A stretch of 64,000 nucleotides of DNA from Basidiobolus meristosporus CBS 931.73 (Eukaryota; Fungi; Basidiobolomycota): NCBI GenBank assembly GCA_002104905.1, contig MCFE01000125.1, forward strand, positions 97,230 to 161,229. Reading direction: 5' to 3'. The notes under the pieces are model-generated. The model worked only from the letters and a program-made list of their open reading frames with translations, had not been told where the DNA came from and ran no database searches. This document shows, piece after piece, positions 1 to 11,526 of the stretch; position 1 is the stretch's first letter, and every line of letters starts with the position of its first letter. Made by a program: the position numbers and the translations under genes.

Positions 1-1885
1 GATCATTCCAGTATCAAATGCCTGGAGATCCAATTGGACAAGAAATAGCCCAAATTACTATATTAATGAGGGTACAAACCTAGCCTATGCCTATTCAGTC
101 CATATTGATGAGCCCCAGACTGTAAAAGAGGCCCTTAATAGCCCTCAGACAAAGTTTTGGAGATCTGCAATGACTGAGGAATATCAGGCCCTGATGGAAA
201 ATCAAACTTGGGACTTAGTCAAATTACCAATCAACCAAAAATCAATTGGATGCAGATGGGTCTTCAAGACAAACTACAAGGCTGATAGTACAATTGAAAG
301 ATACAAAGCAAGACTTGTAGCCAAAGGATACTCTCAAACAAAAGGATTGACTATACTGAGACCTTTGCACTGGTAGCCAATTTTAATTCCATCAGATTAA
401 TATTGGCTATTGCAGCCAAATGTGAGTTTTTTATTCATCAAATCGATGTAAAAACTGCATTTTTGAATAGAGAACTTGATGAGGATGTGTATATGGACCA
501 GCCTGATGGTTTTGTTGACCAAGGTAACCTTCATTAGGTCTGCAAGCTTATAAGGTCACTATTTGGTCTCAAACAATCACTGATAGCCTGGAATTGCAAG
601 AAAGATTCTTATTTGGAATCTTTGAGTTTCAAAAGGAGTAATGCTGACTATAGTATATACTATAAGCCAGATAGAGCAAATCCAGTTCTATTAGCTCTAT
701 ATGTTGATGATCTTATTATAGCCGCCAATAACCTAGAAACATTGGAAGAGACTACATCCAGCCTATCAAAGGAGTTCAAGATGTCCGATCTAGGAGAACT
801 TAGTTACTACTTAGGGATTAAGTTCTCCATAGACAGAAGTACCCAGACTATTACCCTAAGCCAATCCAAGTATATTCAAGATATACTAAAGAAGTACAAA
901 ATGGAAGACTGTAAACCAGCAGCTACCCCAATGGAGACAAACCTTAACTTGGTCAAAACTCAACCAAATCAAGAGAGCTTGGTGCCATCTGAAAGCCCTG
1001 ACTTTCCTTATCAATCCATGATCGGCAGTCTGATGTATATCATGCTTGGAACATGTCCAGATATCACATATTCAGTGGGAGTTGTCAGCTTACATAATCA
1101 GAATTATGGATCTGATCATATTGCAGCAGTTAAGCGGATTTTTAGATACCTAAAAGGAACTGCTGATATCTGCTTAAGATACACTTATAAGGATTCTGAA
1201 CAGGATCTTGTGGGATACTCTGATGCTGATTGGGGACAAAACTTGGAAGACAGAAGATCCACTGCAGGATACACCTTTCTTTACTGTAAAGGAGCAATTT
1301 CATGGAATTGAAGAAAGCAACCAACCGTAGCACTTTCTACTACAGAGGCAGAGTATCTGGCAGCCTGTGAAGCTACAAAAGAAGCAATGTGGTTAAGAAA
1401 GCTCTTTACAGATTTAGGCCTATGTCAAAAAACACCTATTACTTTATTTCAAGATAATCAAGGATGTATACAATAGACTTGTTCCATCATTCCAGCTGAT
1501 CATAGTGCCCAATAGTGCCATAGCATGCCAGATAGTGCCTGATCATGTCACAGAGTGCCATACAGTGCCAATCTGTGATCAAAATTGACATGCATATGAC
1601 CCTAAAATATCAAATTAATAACAAAATATACAGCACTGAATGGCGCTATGATCAATGGCACAATGGAACAAGTCTAATTAGGTAGAAATCCAACTTTTCA
1701 TGCTAGAACCAAGCACATAGATATTAGACATCATTTCATACGTGAAGCTATAGATAATAACTTAGTTAGCTTAGTTTACTGTCCTACAGATGAAATGATT
1801 GCAGACATATTTACCAAACCATTAGCTAGAGACAAGTTTGAATATCTTAGGTCAACATTAGGACTAGTCAGTATGAACATTTAGC
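1..1885 (+). mobile_element. Ty1/copia retrotransposon RT-RNase H region, degenerate (unit 1, 3' part)
   Basis: Copia RT motifs are present: AMTEEYQALMENQTWDLV, WVFKTNYKADSTIERYKARLVAKGY, LYVDDLIIA, MSDLGELSYYLGI and VGYSDADW. The RNase H end reads ADIFTKPLARDKFEYLRSTLGL. There are multiple stops and frameshifts. Confidence 0.95.
1475..1675. mobile_element. 201-bp MITE inserted in copia RNase H
   Basis: 13-bp TIRs AGACTTGTTCCAT / ATGGAACAAGTCT, an exact 3-bp AAT duplication (1472-1474, 1676-1678) and internal ATAGTGCC-like subrepeats. Removing it restores the frame GCIQLGRN. Confidence 0.85.
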
Positions 1886-1895
1886 TGAGTGGTAG

Positions 1896-2243
1896 TGTTG
1901 TAAAAATTTGTATTTCCACCTAAATATTCACCTAACTTAGTCACTTAGATCTCACCTTCAAATCCTAGACAATACTGACCAAATTCCTTGTTGGGATTTA
2001 CTTAGAATATTTTCACCAAAATACCAGGTACCCAGAACATGAAAATTCTGAAAGTTGTCAAAACAGCCCCAAACTTTGTACACATGTTCTTGGAACCTGC
2101 CTTAGCCTGTTCTATATGTTTGCTATGCCAAGACCATGTAAAAGTACAAACTCTACTTTTACATTCAAGAAATCATTAAGTGAAAACCACATTATCTACT
2201 TGTCTTCCCAATCACTTCCAATATCTCCAAGATTCTTACAACA
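1896..2243 (+). repeat. Copia LTR shared between two tandem units
   Basis: Termini are TGTTGTAAAA...CTTACAACA. A purine-rich PPT-like GAGTGGTAG lies upstream, and a degenerate PBS and gag lie downstream. Confidence 0.9.
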
Positions 2244-4935
2244 GGTTGCAAGCTCTGGGCTGTCACTGTCTGCAATGTCTACTACTGTTATTACCGGAAT
2301 TTTTCCCTCTGCTGAAAAGTTGGATGGATACAACTACCAGGTGTGGAAGGTGAAGATGAAGATGCTGCTACAAGAAAGAGGCCTTTGGGATATTGTCATG
2401 GGAGAAGAATGCCCTCCTAAAAATGTGGGAGAGGAAGCCTTAAAGTACCAGAAGAAATAACAAAGTGCCTTTAACTGCATTTGCCTTAATGTTAATGACA
2501 AGTTGCTAATTCAATGCTCAAGAGCAAAAATGGCAAAGAATGCCTGGAAGGCACTAGATGACAAGTACCAATCATGTTCAGCTGCTAGGAAAATGTATCT
2601 GAGACAAAAATATCTCACTACAAAGATGCAACCAGGAGAAGAAATGAAAAATCTAATTAACCAAATTACTCTGCCAATGGATGAAAAGGAATCTGTGGGC
2701 ATACCTACTACCAATGAGGATGTGATAGTGACCATCCAGAATAGCCTGCCAGACAGGTTTCAGGGCCTTGTGTCAGCCCTAGAGTCCAGAACTGAAGATT
2801 TGACCTTAGATTATGTGTATGGAAGGCTCCTGGATGAGGAATTAAGAAAATCATGCACCAATAGGAAGGAAGAAGAAAATGCTTTAATAAGCAATGATAG
2901 CCAGCAAAGGAGGTACCCAAGAACTTACAAAGGCAACAGCAACCTGTTTTGCAACTACAGCAAAAGGAAAGGACACACATTCAACTGGTGTCTCAAAAAG
3001 AGTGATACTCAGCAAAAGAAGCCTGAATATGGAAATACTGCAACAACTGAAAATAGACTATTCATATCTGCACTAAATATGGCCACAAACAAGGATTCTC
3101 AGATGTGGTACATTGACTCTGGAGAATCTCAACACTTTACACACCCAAAAGAACTTTTTATGCAATATCAAGAAATTCCAGTCAAGAAGGTTTAAAGGGT
3201 AATAATAGAACACTTGATGCAGTGGGAGAAGGAACTATCCAAGTAAACCTTAGAAGCAGTGAAGAAAGCCATACACTGACCTTGAAAGAAGTGCTCTATT
3301 TACCAGAATTTGTCAAAAACCTACTATCTGTAAGCAAGGCCACTGCAGAAGGGCTCTGTTTATACCCTATGCCAATCCAAGTATATTCAAGATATACTAA
3401 AAAAGTACCAAATCAAAGACTGTAAACCAACAGCTACCTCAAAGGAGACAAACCTTAACTTGGTTGAAACTCAGCCAAATCAAGAGAGCTTGATGCCATC
3501 TGAAAGCCCTAACTTCCCTTATCAATCTATAACTAGAAGTCTCATGTATATCATGCTTGGAACATGTCCAGATATCCCATACTCAGTGGGAGTTGTCAGC
3601 CAGCACAATTAAGACTATGGATCTGATCATATTGGAGCAGTTAAGAGGATTTTTAATACCTAAAAGCAACTGCTGATAACTCCTTAAGATACACTTATAA
3701 GGATTTAGAGCAGGATCTTGTTGGATACTCTGATGCTGATTGGGGACAGAATATGGAAGACAGATGATCCACCACAGGATACACCTTTCTTTACTGCAAA
3801 GGAGCAATTTCATGGAATTCAAGGAAGCAACCAACCCTGGTACTTTCTACCACAGAGGCAGAGTACATGGCAGCCTGTGAAGCTACAAAAGAGGCAATGT
3901 GGCTAAGAAAGCTTTTACAGACTTAGGCCTATGTAAAAAAACATCTTTACCTTACTTCAAGATAATCAAGGATGCATATGATTAGGTAGAAATCCAACTT
4001 TTCATGCTAGAGCTAAGCACATATATATTAGACTTGTTCTGTTGGATAGTGCCACATTGAGCCATGAGTGCCAAATAGTGCCATAGTGTGCCTGAGAGTC
4101 ATAGCAGACCTAAACTTGGCCACAGAGTGTGACATATAGTTCTGTATATTTGTGCAAAGCAGCCCCTGTGTTTCACCTACTGTGCGGGAGAAAATCAATT
4201 TTTTAACCTTTTTTTTGGGATCAAAATTGCACATGACGTAAAAGAGCACAGACAGACTGAAGATATGCATCTGGTACATAATACCCATGGCACTCTAAAT
4301 CTAGCCCCACAGGCTTGTAGCATGCCACAAAAATGCATGGCACTATCTTGGTCCACTGGTACTATCTGGCACTATACTTAAATATTAGCCCTAAAGTAGA
4401 ACCTATACAAAGCACTTATAGTGCCAGATAGTACCAGTGGACCAAGATAGTGCTATGCATTTTTGTGGCATGCTACAAGCCTGTGGGGCTAGATTTAGAG
4501 TGCCATGGGTATTATTTACCAGATGCATATCTTCAGTCTGTCTGTGCTCTTTTACGTCATGCACAATTTTGATCCCAAAAAAAAGGTTAAAAATTGATTT
4601 TCTCCTGCAACGTAGGTGAAACACAGGGGCTGCTTTGCATGAATATGAAGAACTATATGCCACACTTTGTGGCCAAGTTTTGGTCTGCTATGACTCTCAG
4701 GCACACTATGGCACTATATGGCACTTATGGCTCAATGTGGCACTATCCAACAGAACAAGTCTAATAGGCATCATTTCATATATGAAGCTATAGAGGATAA
4801 CCTGGTTGGCTTAGTTGACTGTCCTACAGATGAAATGATTGCAGCCATATTTACCAAACCATTAGTTAGAGACAAGGTTGAATATCTTAGGTGAAAATTA
4901 GGACTAGTCAGTATGAGCATTCAGCTGAGTGGGAG
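2244..4935 (+). mobile_element. Internally deleted copia unit 2 (gag-protease joined to RT/RNase H, integrase missing)
   Basis: Gag motif KLDGYNYQVWKVKMKMLLQERGLW, zinc knuckle CNYSKRKGHTFNWC and protease WYIDSGESQH. At about 3360 the sequence jumps to CCAATCCAAGTATATTCAAGAT, which matches the RT region at about 860-880. Confidence 0.85.
4030..4762. mobile_element. 733-bp foldback/MITE element inserted in copia RNase H
   Basis: TIR AGACTTGTTCTGTTGGATAGTGCCAC and its reverse complement. Nearly the whole element is a palindrome with ~350-bp arms centred near 4395. Flanks are ATT/AAT (3-bp TSD with one mismatch). Confidence 0.85.
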
Positions 4936-5283
4936 TGTTGTAAAAGTTTGTAATTCCAGCTAGATACTCACTTAACTTGGTCACCTAGCTTATTACCTTA
5001 AATTCCTAGAGAATACTGTTCAAATTTCTTCCTGTAATTTACTTAGAATATTTTCAACAATTACTATGTACCCAGAACATGAAAATTTTCAAAGCTGTGC
5101 AAACAGCCCCAAACTTTGCACACATGTGCTTGGGCCCTTCCTTAGCCTATTCTACGTGCTTGGCATGCCAAGATCATCTAACAGTTTAAATACTACTTTA
5201 ACATTATATATATCATTAAGTGAAAGCTATTGAATATACTTGTCCTCCCATTTATTTCCAATATCTTCAAGACTCTTGCAACA
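4936..5283 (+). repeat. Copia LTR (3' LTR of unit 2)
   Basis: PPT GAGTGGGAG followed by TGTTGTAAAAG...CTTGCAACA; co-linear with 1896-2243. Confidence 0.88.
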
Positions 5284-5289
5284 GCTGTT

Positions 5290-6329
5290 GCATTCAAAAG
5301 GTCTTGGGTATCTTCTTTGTTGGTTAATACTGTTTATGAAAGCATTTTCTTCTTCCTTCTTATTGGAGCTTGATTTTCTTAATTCCTTGTCCAGGAGCCT
5401 TTCATATACATAATATAAGGTTAAATATTCAGCTCTGGACTCTATGGCTGATACATGGTCCTGAAACTTGTCTGTCAGGCTATTCAGGATGGTCACTATC
5501 ACATCCTCATCAGTAGTTGGTATTCCCACAGATTCCTTTTCATCCACCAGCAGAGTAATTCTGTTAATTAGATTTTTCATTTCTTCTCCTGACAGCATTG
5601 TTGTAGTAAAGAATTTTTGTCTAAGATACATTCTCTTGGTAGCTGAGCATTACTGGTAGGTGTCTTCTGATGCCTTCCAGGCATCCTTTGTCATTTTTTC
5701 TCTTAAGCATTGAATTGGTAATTTGTCTATGACATTAAGGCAAATGCAGTTAAAGGCACTTTGTTCTTACTTCTTGTACTTTATGGCTTTCTCTCCCACG
5801 TATTGAGGGGGTCATTCTTCTCCCATGACAATATCCCAAGGCCTCTTTCTTGTAGCAGTGTCTTCATCTTCACCATCCACACTTGGTAGTTAGATCCAAC
5901 TAACTCTTCAGCAGAGGGAACAATTCAGGTAATAGCAATAGTAGACATTGCAGAGAGTGACAGCTTATGGCTCATAACCTGTTGTAAGAGTTTTGGAGAT
6001 ACTGGAAGTGATTGGGAGAACATGTAGATTATGTGGTTTTCAATTAATGATTTATTGAATGTCAAAGTAGTATTTATACTTTTAGATGATCTTGGAGTAA
6101 CAAGCACATGGAATAGGCTAAGGAAGGTCCCAAGAACATGTGTGCAAAGTTTGGGGTTGTATGGATAACTTTGAGAATTTTCATGTTCTGGGTACCTGGT
6201 ATTTTGGTGAAAGTATTCTAAGTAAATCCCAACAAGGAATTTGGTCAGTATTCCCTAAGATATGAATGTAATGATCTAAGTGACTAAGTCAGGTGAATAT
6301 TTGGGTGGAATTAGAAATTCTTCCCAACA
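5290..6329 (-). mobile_element. Inverted copia 5' end: LTR (5980-6329), PBS and gag fragment
   Basis: The minus strand reads ...CTTACAACA GGTTATGAGCC, the Hemivirus-type half-tRNA-iMet PBS. The gag ORF 5227-5631 (MYLRQKFFTT...) is paralogous to 2503-3195. Confidence 0.85.
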
Positions 6330-6339
6330 GATGTTACCC

Positions 6340-8200
6340 ATAGAAAAAAATACCAAGGATACTTTATTGAGCCAAGTGAGCCCAGTAATTGTACTACTGG
6401 TGAGTGATTTGATGTTGTGGCTAGAGAAGTGGCATGTTTCCACAAATATCAGTAATTGGGGCTTTGAGGATTCACCACTACTTCTTGCCTAAATGTTACT
6501 AGGATGCAACATACCCTGAATATGGTATGAATCAACAATTGTCATGCAGCTGGCAACATATGACTCAGAGACCATCTGCATACAAGCATGTGTTGACAGT
6601 TGCATGGCACTCACATCAAAAAATGCCACCATTGCAAGGTGGCCAACTTGTATGGAATCCACTACCATTGGGGGAGAACATTATTCACACTTTGGATATA
6701 TTCCAGTAACACCCTGTCTAAAGAAGCTCATGCAGTCTGACAAATATTGTGAAACTATGAAGACTGCACCTGGTATCAATCAAGCACAAACATATCCAAT
6801 ATATTTGATGGCAAATATTACAAACACCTAAGAAGCAAGGGCTACTTTGAAGGTATGTATGACTATGCCTTTGCCTTGGCACTTGATGGATTCTCATTAA
6901 GCAAGTACTCTACCAGCATATCCTGCTGGCCACTGATTCTCATCAACCTGAATTTGCCATTCATCTTACAGCACCAGAACAGAAGTCTGATAGTAGTATC
7001 ACTGGTATCTGGGCCTAAATCATCATTCAACCTGGATAGCTGCCTGTATCTATTGCTGGATGAGCGTTGTATTCTTTCCAGCAGGATAACAGTAAATGGC
7101 CATCATGTCAATGTGCATATTATTGTCTGTATTGGAGATACCCTGGCCATCAGCAAGATAGCTGGCTTTTCTGGGCACAATGGATGGTATTGCTGTCAGA
7201 TGTGTAAGATCCAGGGGACTTACTCCATAACTCACACATATTATTATTACCCAAACACCAACACTGAGAGCATCATCTTTCTGCAGAGGGAACATACAGA
7301 GGTCATCATACAATTGCAACAAAGTTGGCAAGCTATAAGTGATTGACCAGAATATGGGATTAATTGGAAACTGGAGATACTTGAGATAGAGGGTATCTGT
7401 TGGAGCAAATGCTTTCCACAGGGGCAATGCATTTGCTTTTGAATAATATCCCTATAAAGAAGACCAAGTTGTACATGGGGCATTTCAAGCTAAATGAGCC
7501 CTTTGAGATACCTGAGAAATTTGAAAGAACTGGCAATATATTACAGAGTATCTGCTACTCTAAGTACATCTCAAAGGCTCCAATCAATATTCATACTCAT
7601 ATGCAACAATACAAGTGCAAGGACTGGATGAGCTAGAAATGCATTTATTCAAGTGGCCTTCTGAAGTAATTTCTACCAAGAGTACATTGGAGGAATTGGG
7701 AGTCATATGTGGACATTGTAGGAATACCTATCCAGAACCAGATCACCAATGCCAACTTGATACATATACAGGTTTTGTGTGAAGAGTTTGTGAAGGGATT
7801 TGAGCACCTATACTGCAAACATAAAGCTGAGCATTTGGATTTCTGCCACTACTATATCCATTTACTACTCCATCTTGCTTAGTGTGTAGAGAATATTGGA
7901 CCTTGCTACACCTTTGGGAGCTTCCTATGGAGCAGATATGTGGGGAGATAGGAAAACAAGTTAAGTTGCAGGTACTACCATATCCCAATCTCATCAACAA
8001 TATTACCTTTAAGTCCATCATGGATGTGATGAATTGGCACATGGAGGACAGCCATGAAGAGTTGGAAGTACTGAGGACAGATGTGCACATGGAGACACCT
8101 ATGCCTATTGCATTAAGAAGCTAAGCAGCCTCATGCATGGGTAATCAGTTAAGTAATGCAAAGTTGGGTTGGGTGCAACAAGCATCTAGTTTCTATTAGG
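6340..8200 (+). mobile_element. Degenerate CACTA/EnSpm (Tnp2/Transposase_21-like) transposase
   Basis: Motif series ALDGF...CWPLILINLNLP...GPKS..LDSCLYLLLDE..L...IGDTLAISKIAGFSGHNG.YCCQMC, followed by AMHLLLNNI and H.LLHL..CVENIGP...WELPMEQICG. Many stops. Confidence 0.7.
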
Positions 8201-9639
8201 AACACTCTACCAAGGTATGCCAGATTTCTCTTGGTCACCAGCCAATTTCTACACCATTCAATATGGAATTTGCATAAACAAGAGCCAGAATGCACCTATA
8301 AGAGGGACTTGAACCTAGCCAGGAGAAGGAATACATTGGCTACATACCCAAATGTTCTTTGTGGATATTCAGGAGATATTCATGGCAGAAATGGCGGCAA
8401 CCAAGCATATGTTTGCAAGTTGTATATGTTACCAGCGCTACAAGGTACATGGCAGCTTTGCAAGTGTTACACTAAAAAGCTGTAGAGTTGAGGTGATAGA
8501 CATATGTCAATTGAGGTAGGTGTGCATGATTGTCAAGGTTGGTAAACAGGAGGCCATGATATTTTTTGATTTAAACTATATGTGAAATACCCAGGGCAGT
8601 AGTGGGTAAGCAAATAAAGAGGGATAATTCTACAGTGGAATATGTGGATTGCACAAGCAGCAGTAGAAAAAGGAAATACCATTTGGTAAATTAGTACAGT
8701 AGTATTATATAGAACAAGCTGTAGGCTGCCATACTGCCATGATAATTCCATCAGAGGCTTGCAAAGTTGCCGTCAAAACACTGTCAAGCTTTTTGCCATA
8801 TAAGACAATTGGATGTACTGGCCAGTTAGATCCACTCAAATGGTTGTAGAGTGCACTAAGACCGCAACATTGCCATCCCACCCTTGGTAAATTACTGTAC
8901 AAACACTGTTATGTTTTTCAACTTTACTTGGCTGTAAAATTAGCCAAATGCTGTTCTGATCCTGGCAAAAGATTGTGTAGATGATCATTAATTCCAAGCT
9001 GCTGGTATTATAGTGGTCTCCTGATGGGATCTTGATGGTTGATCTGGAGTGGATCCACCCACAGGAGCAAGTTATTTTTCATAGGGATTGTGTCTCAGCA
9101 AAATTAAGAATCTAATAATTACATTCTAGTTTTTACCCAAGCCTAGCATATCTAGCACTCCCAAGAACACCAAGCCTCACCTTCATTGCAGACCAATTCC
9201 ATTGCCATTATGGCCAAACCCAGCTATTTACAGGACCAATATTGGACCAGAATTTCTCTGCCAATACTTCTGCCACTCTCTGACAATAGTTCAGTTAAAC
9301 CCCCAAGAAAAAATATTAAGAAAAGGCCAGCAAAATACCATTGTAATATCAGCTGAATTTTAAATTTCTCAAAATTGACAACTCTTGATATTTCTGTTGT
9401 TAGCTGATGGGCAGGCAAGCAAACAAATTCTCCAGGAGGAGACCAGGCCAACTAGCATCCATGCCAAATTTGGTCATGTGCTACCCACTACTTTAATCAA
9501 AAATTGCATTTGAAATTTTGAACCAAAAACACCAGCTGAATACCAGCAGAATACCATCAGAATGCCAGCTAAAAATTATATGAATTCCAGGTTTAAGATT
9601 TTTCACAGGGGTTAAGCCATTCATGAGCTTGATTACATT

Positions 9640-10278
9640 TTCTCTTGGATGCAACAATCATCACAATTAGGTTTCCTATGGTGGGCATCAAGACAAATGC
9701 AAATAAAGAAACTTTGTTGCTTCTTCTAGTGCTTTAAGACTTCTATCCCTACACCTTTGTGAGGGCATTCCTCTCCCAGGACAACATCCCAGAGGCAACT
9801 TTCCTGCAGCAGCATCTTCATCTTCACCTTCTAGACTTGGTAGTTGGAACTGTCCAACTGTTGAGTAGAGGGAAATGCTCTAGTAAATGCAATAATGGTC
9901 ACTCCGCAGAGTGACAGCTTGGGTCTCATAGCCTTTTGTAAGAGTATTAGAGATATTGGAAGTGATTGGGAGAATAAATAAAGAATGAGTTTGCACTTGA
10001 TGATTCATTAAATATAGAAGTGTGTTTGTATTTATACATGGCTGTGGCAAAACAGGCACAAAGGATATATATAGAAAGGTTGTTTGTGCATTTGTGCAAA
10101 ATTTGGGGCTGTTTGTACAACTGATCAAGAATTAATGTTCAGGGTACTTGATGTTTTAGTGAAAAAATTCCAAGTAAATCCAAACAAGGAATTTGGTCAG
10201 AGATCTGTGAAACTTGTAGACTGCAATCTAGGTGACTAAACTAGGCAATCATTTAGGTATAATTACAAAGCTTACAAT
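9640..10278 (-). mobile_element. Inverted copia gag fragment, PBS and LTR (~9934-10278)
   Basis: Minus-strand PBS-like GGCTATGAGACCCAAGCTGTCAC follows a degenerate LTR. The adjacent sequence is similar to the gag start at 2250-2500. Confidence 0.75.
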
Positions 10279-10363
10279 GCATACAACCATTGGCAGGAGT
10301 TACATTTGAATATCTTAGATGGCAATTGTGACTAGATGATAAGAATTTTTTCTTGAGAAGGAG

Positions 10364-10689
10364 TGTTGTACATTTGTAATCATACCTAAATATTCACCTA
10401 AACTAGTCACTTAAATAAATCTGGCCAAATTTCTTGTTAGGACTTACTTGGAATAGTTGCACCAAAGCACCAGGTACTCATAACATGTGATATTGGTAGG
10501 TTGCCCAAACATTCCCAATCTTTGCAAGCATGCACTTTAGACCTTCCTAAGCATATTGTATGTGTGTGTTTTGCCAATGCCATGTCAAAGTACAAATACC
10601 ACTATTATGTTGAATAAATCATTGAGTAGGAACCACATAATCTACTTGTGTTACCAATCTCTGCCAATATCTCCAAAACTCTAACAACA
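10364..10689 (+). repeat. Degenerate copia LTR
   Basis: PPT TTGAGAAGGAG followed by TGTTGTACATTTGTAAT...CTCTAACAACA; co-linear with the other LTRs. Confidence 0.7.
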
Positions 10690-10940
10690 GCAATAGGTAA
10701 TTGGCACAAAAAGTCAAGGAAATTGGCAAGGATAGCTCCTTCTTCACTTTGGCAAGATTCATCAGATAGAGTGGACAACTACTAAATCACATTCATTGTG
10801 GCAAAGCTGAGTTTCTTCAGGGTGTCCAGGCCAATGGAAGATAGCTATGGCAAATGTAGAACACCTCAGGATATTATGCTGCACAGCACATGGCAAAAAA
10901 ATTGCCTGGAAATTGGTTGATGATTTATCCACAAAGGGTG

Positions 10941-11030
10941 AAGTACATAATCTTAGGCTACTTCGATGAGAGTAAGGCCCACAGACTGTACAGTGGCAAA
11001 GTGAAGAAGCCGATCAAGTGGAAGTGCTTC
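10941..11030 (+). mobile_element. Copia integrase C-terminal SH3-like fragment
   Basis: Translates KYIILGYFDESKAHRLYSGKVKK, resembling the copia consensus KCIFLGYS..SKAYRLY. Confidence 0.55.
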
Positions 11031-11526
11031 ACCGGGTAGGGAAACTTCGGCCTTGAGAAGTCAAAAAAATCCGAAGATGTTTAAACTGACAAATGTGGAG
11101 TTGTGCCTGGTAAGCTCGTGGGAAAATCAATACCTCGAAAGTACCACGCAATCTGATAGCATCATCATGGGTATTCTGGCGGAAAGTGCCACCAGGTCAA
11201 AGGCGTAGAACCACGAGGCATTTGACATTCCGATCCGAGTGGGTCGCCAACATACGGATAGCATATGATGGGCTCCAGTCGCGAGATGATGGGAAGGGGC
11301 CAATGGGTGGTCCAGCGGCGAGGAAAATCCCACCATTATAGCCCAACTAAATCCACCGCGAATGAATGGATGGTGCGTAAATCGAGGGGGATTATCCAAC
11401 AAAGGGAAGTTTTTTTTCCACCCGAAATCTCATAGGTGGACCGACTCCGGTAGGAGAGGGGATTTTGTGAGGGGGGGACGTTCGAGTGACCACCGTTGCA
11501 TAGTTTCCTTTGAAAGCCACCCAGAT

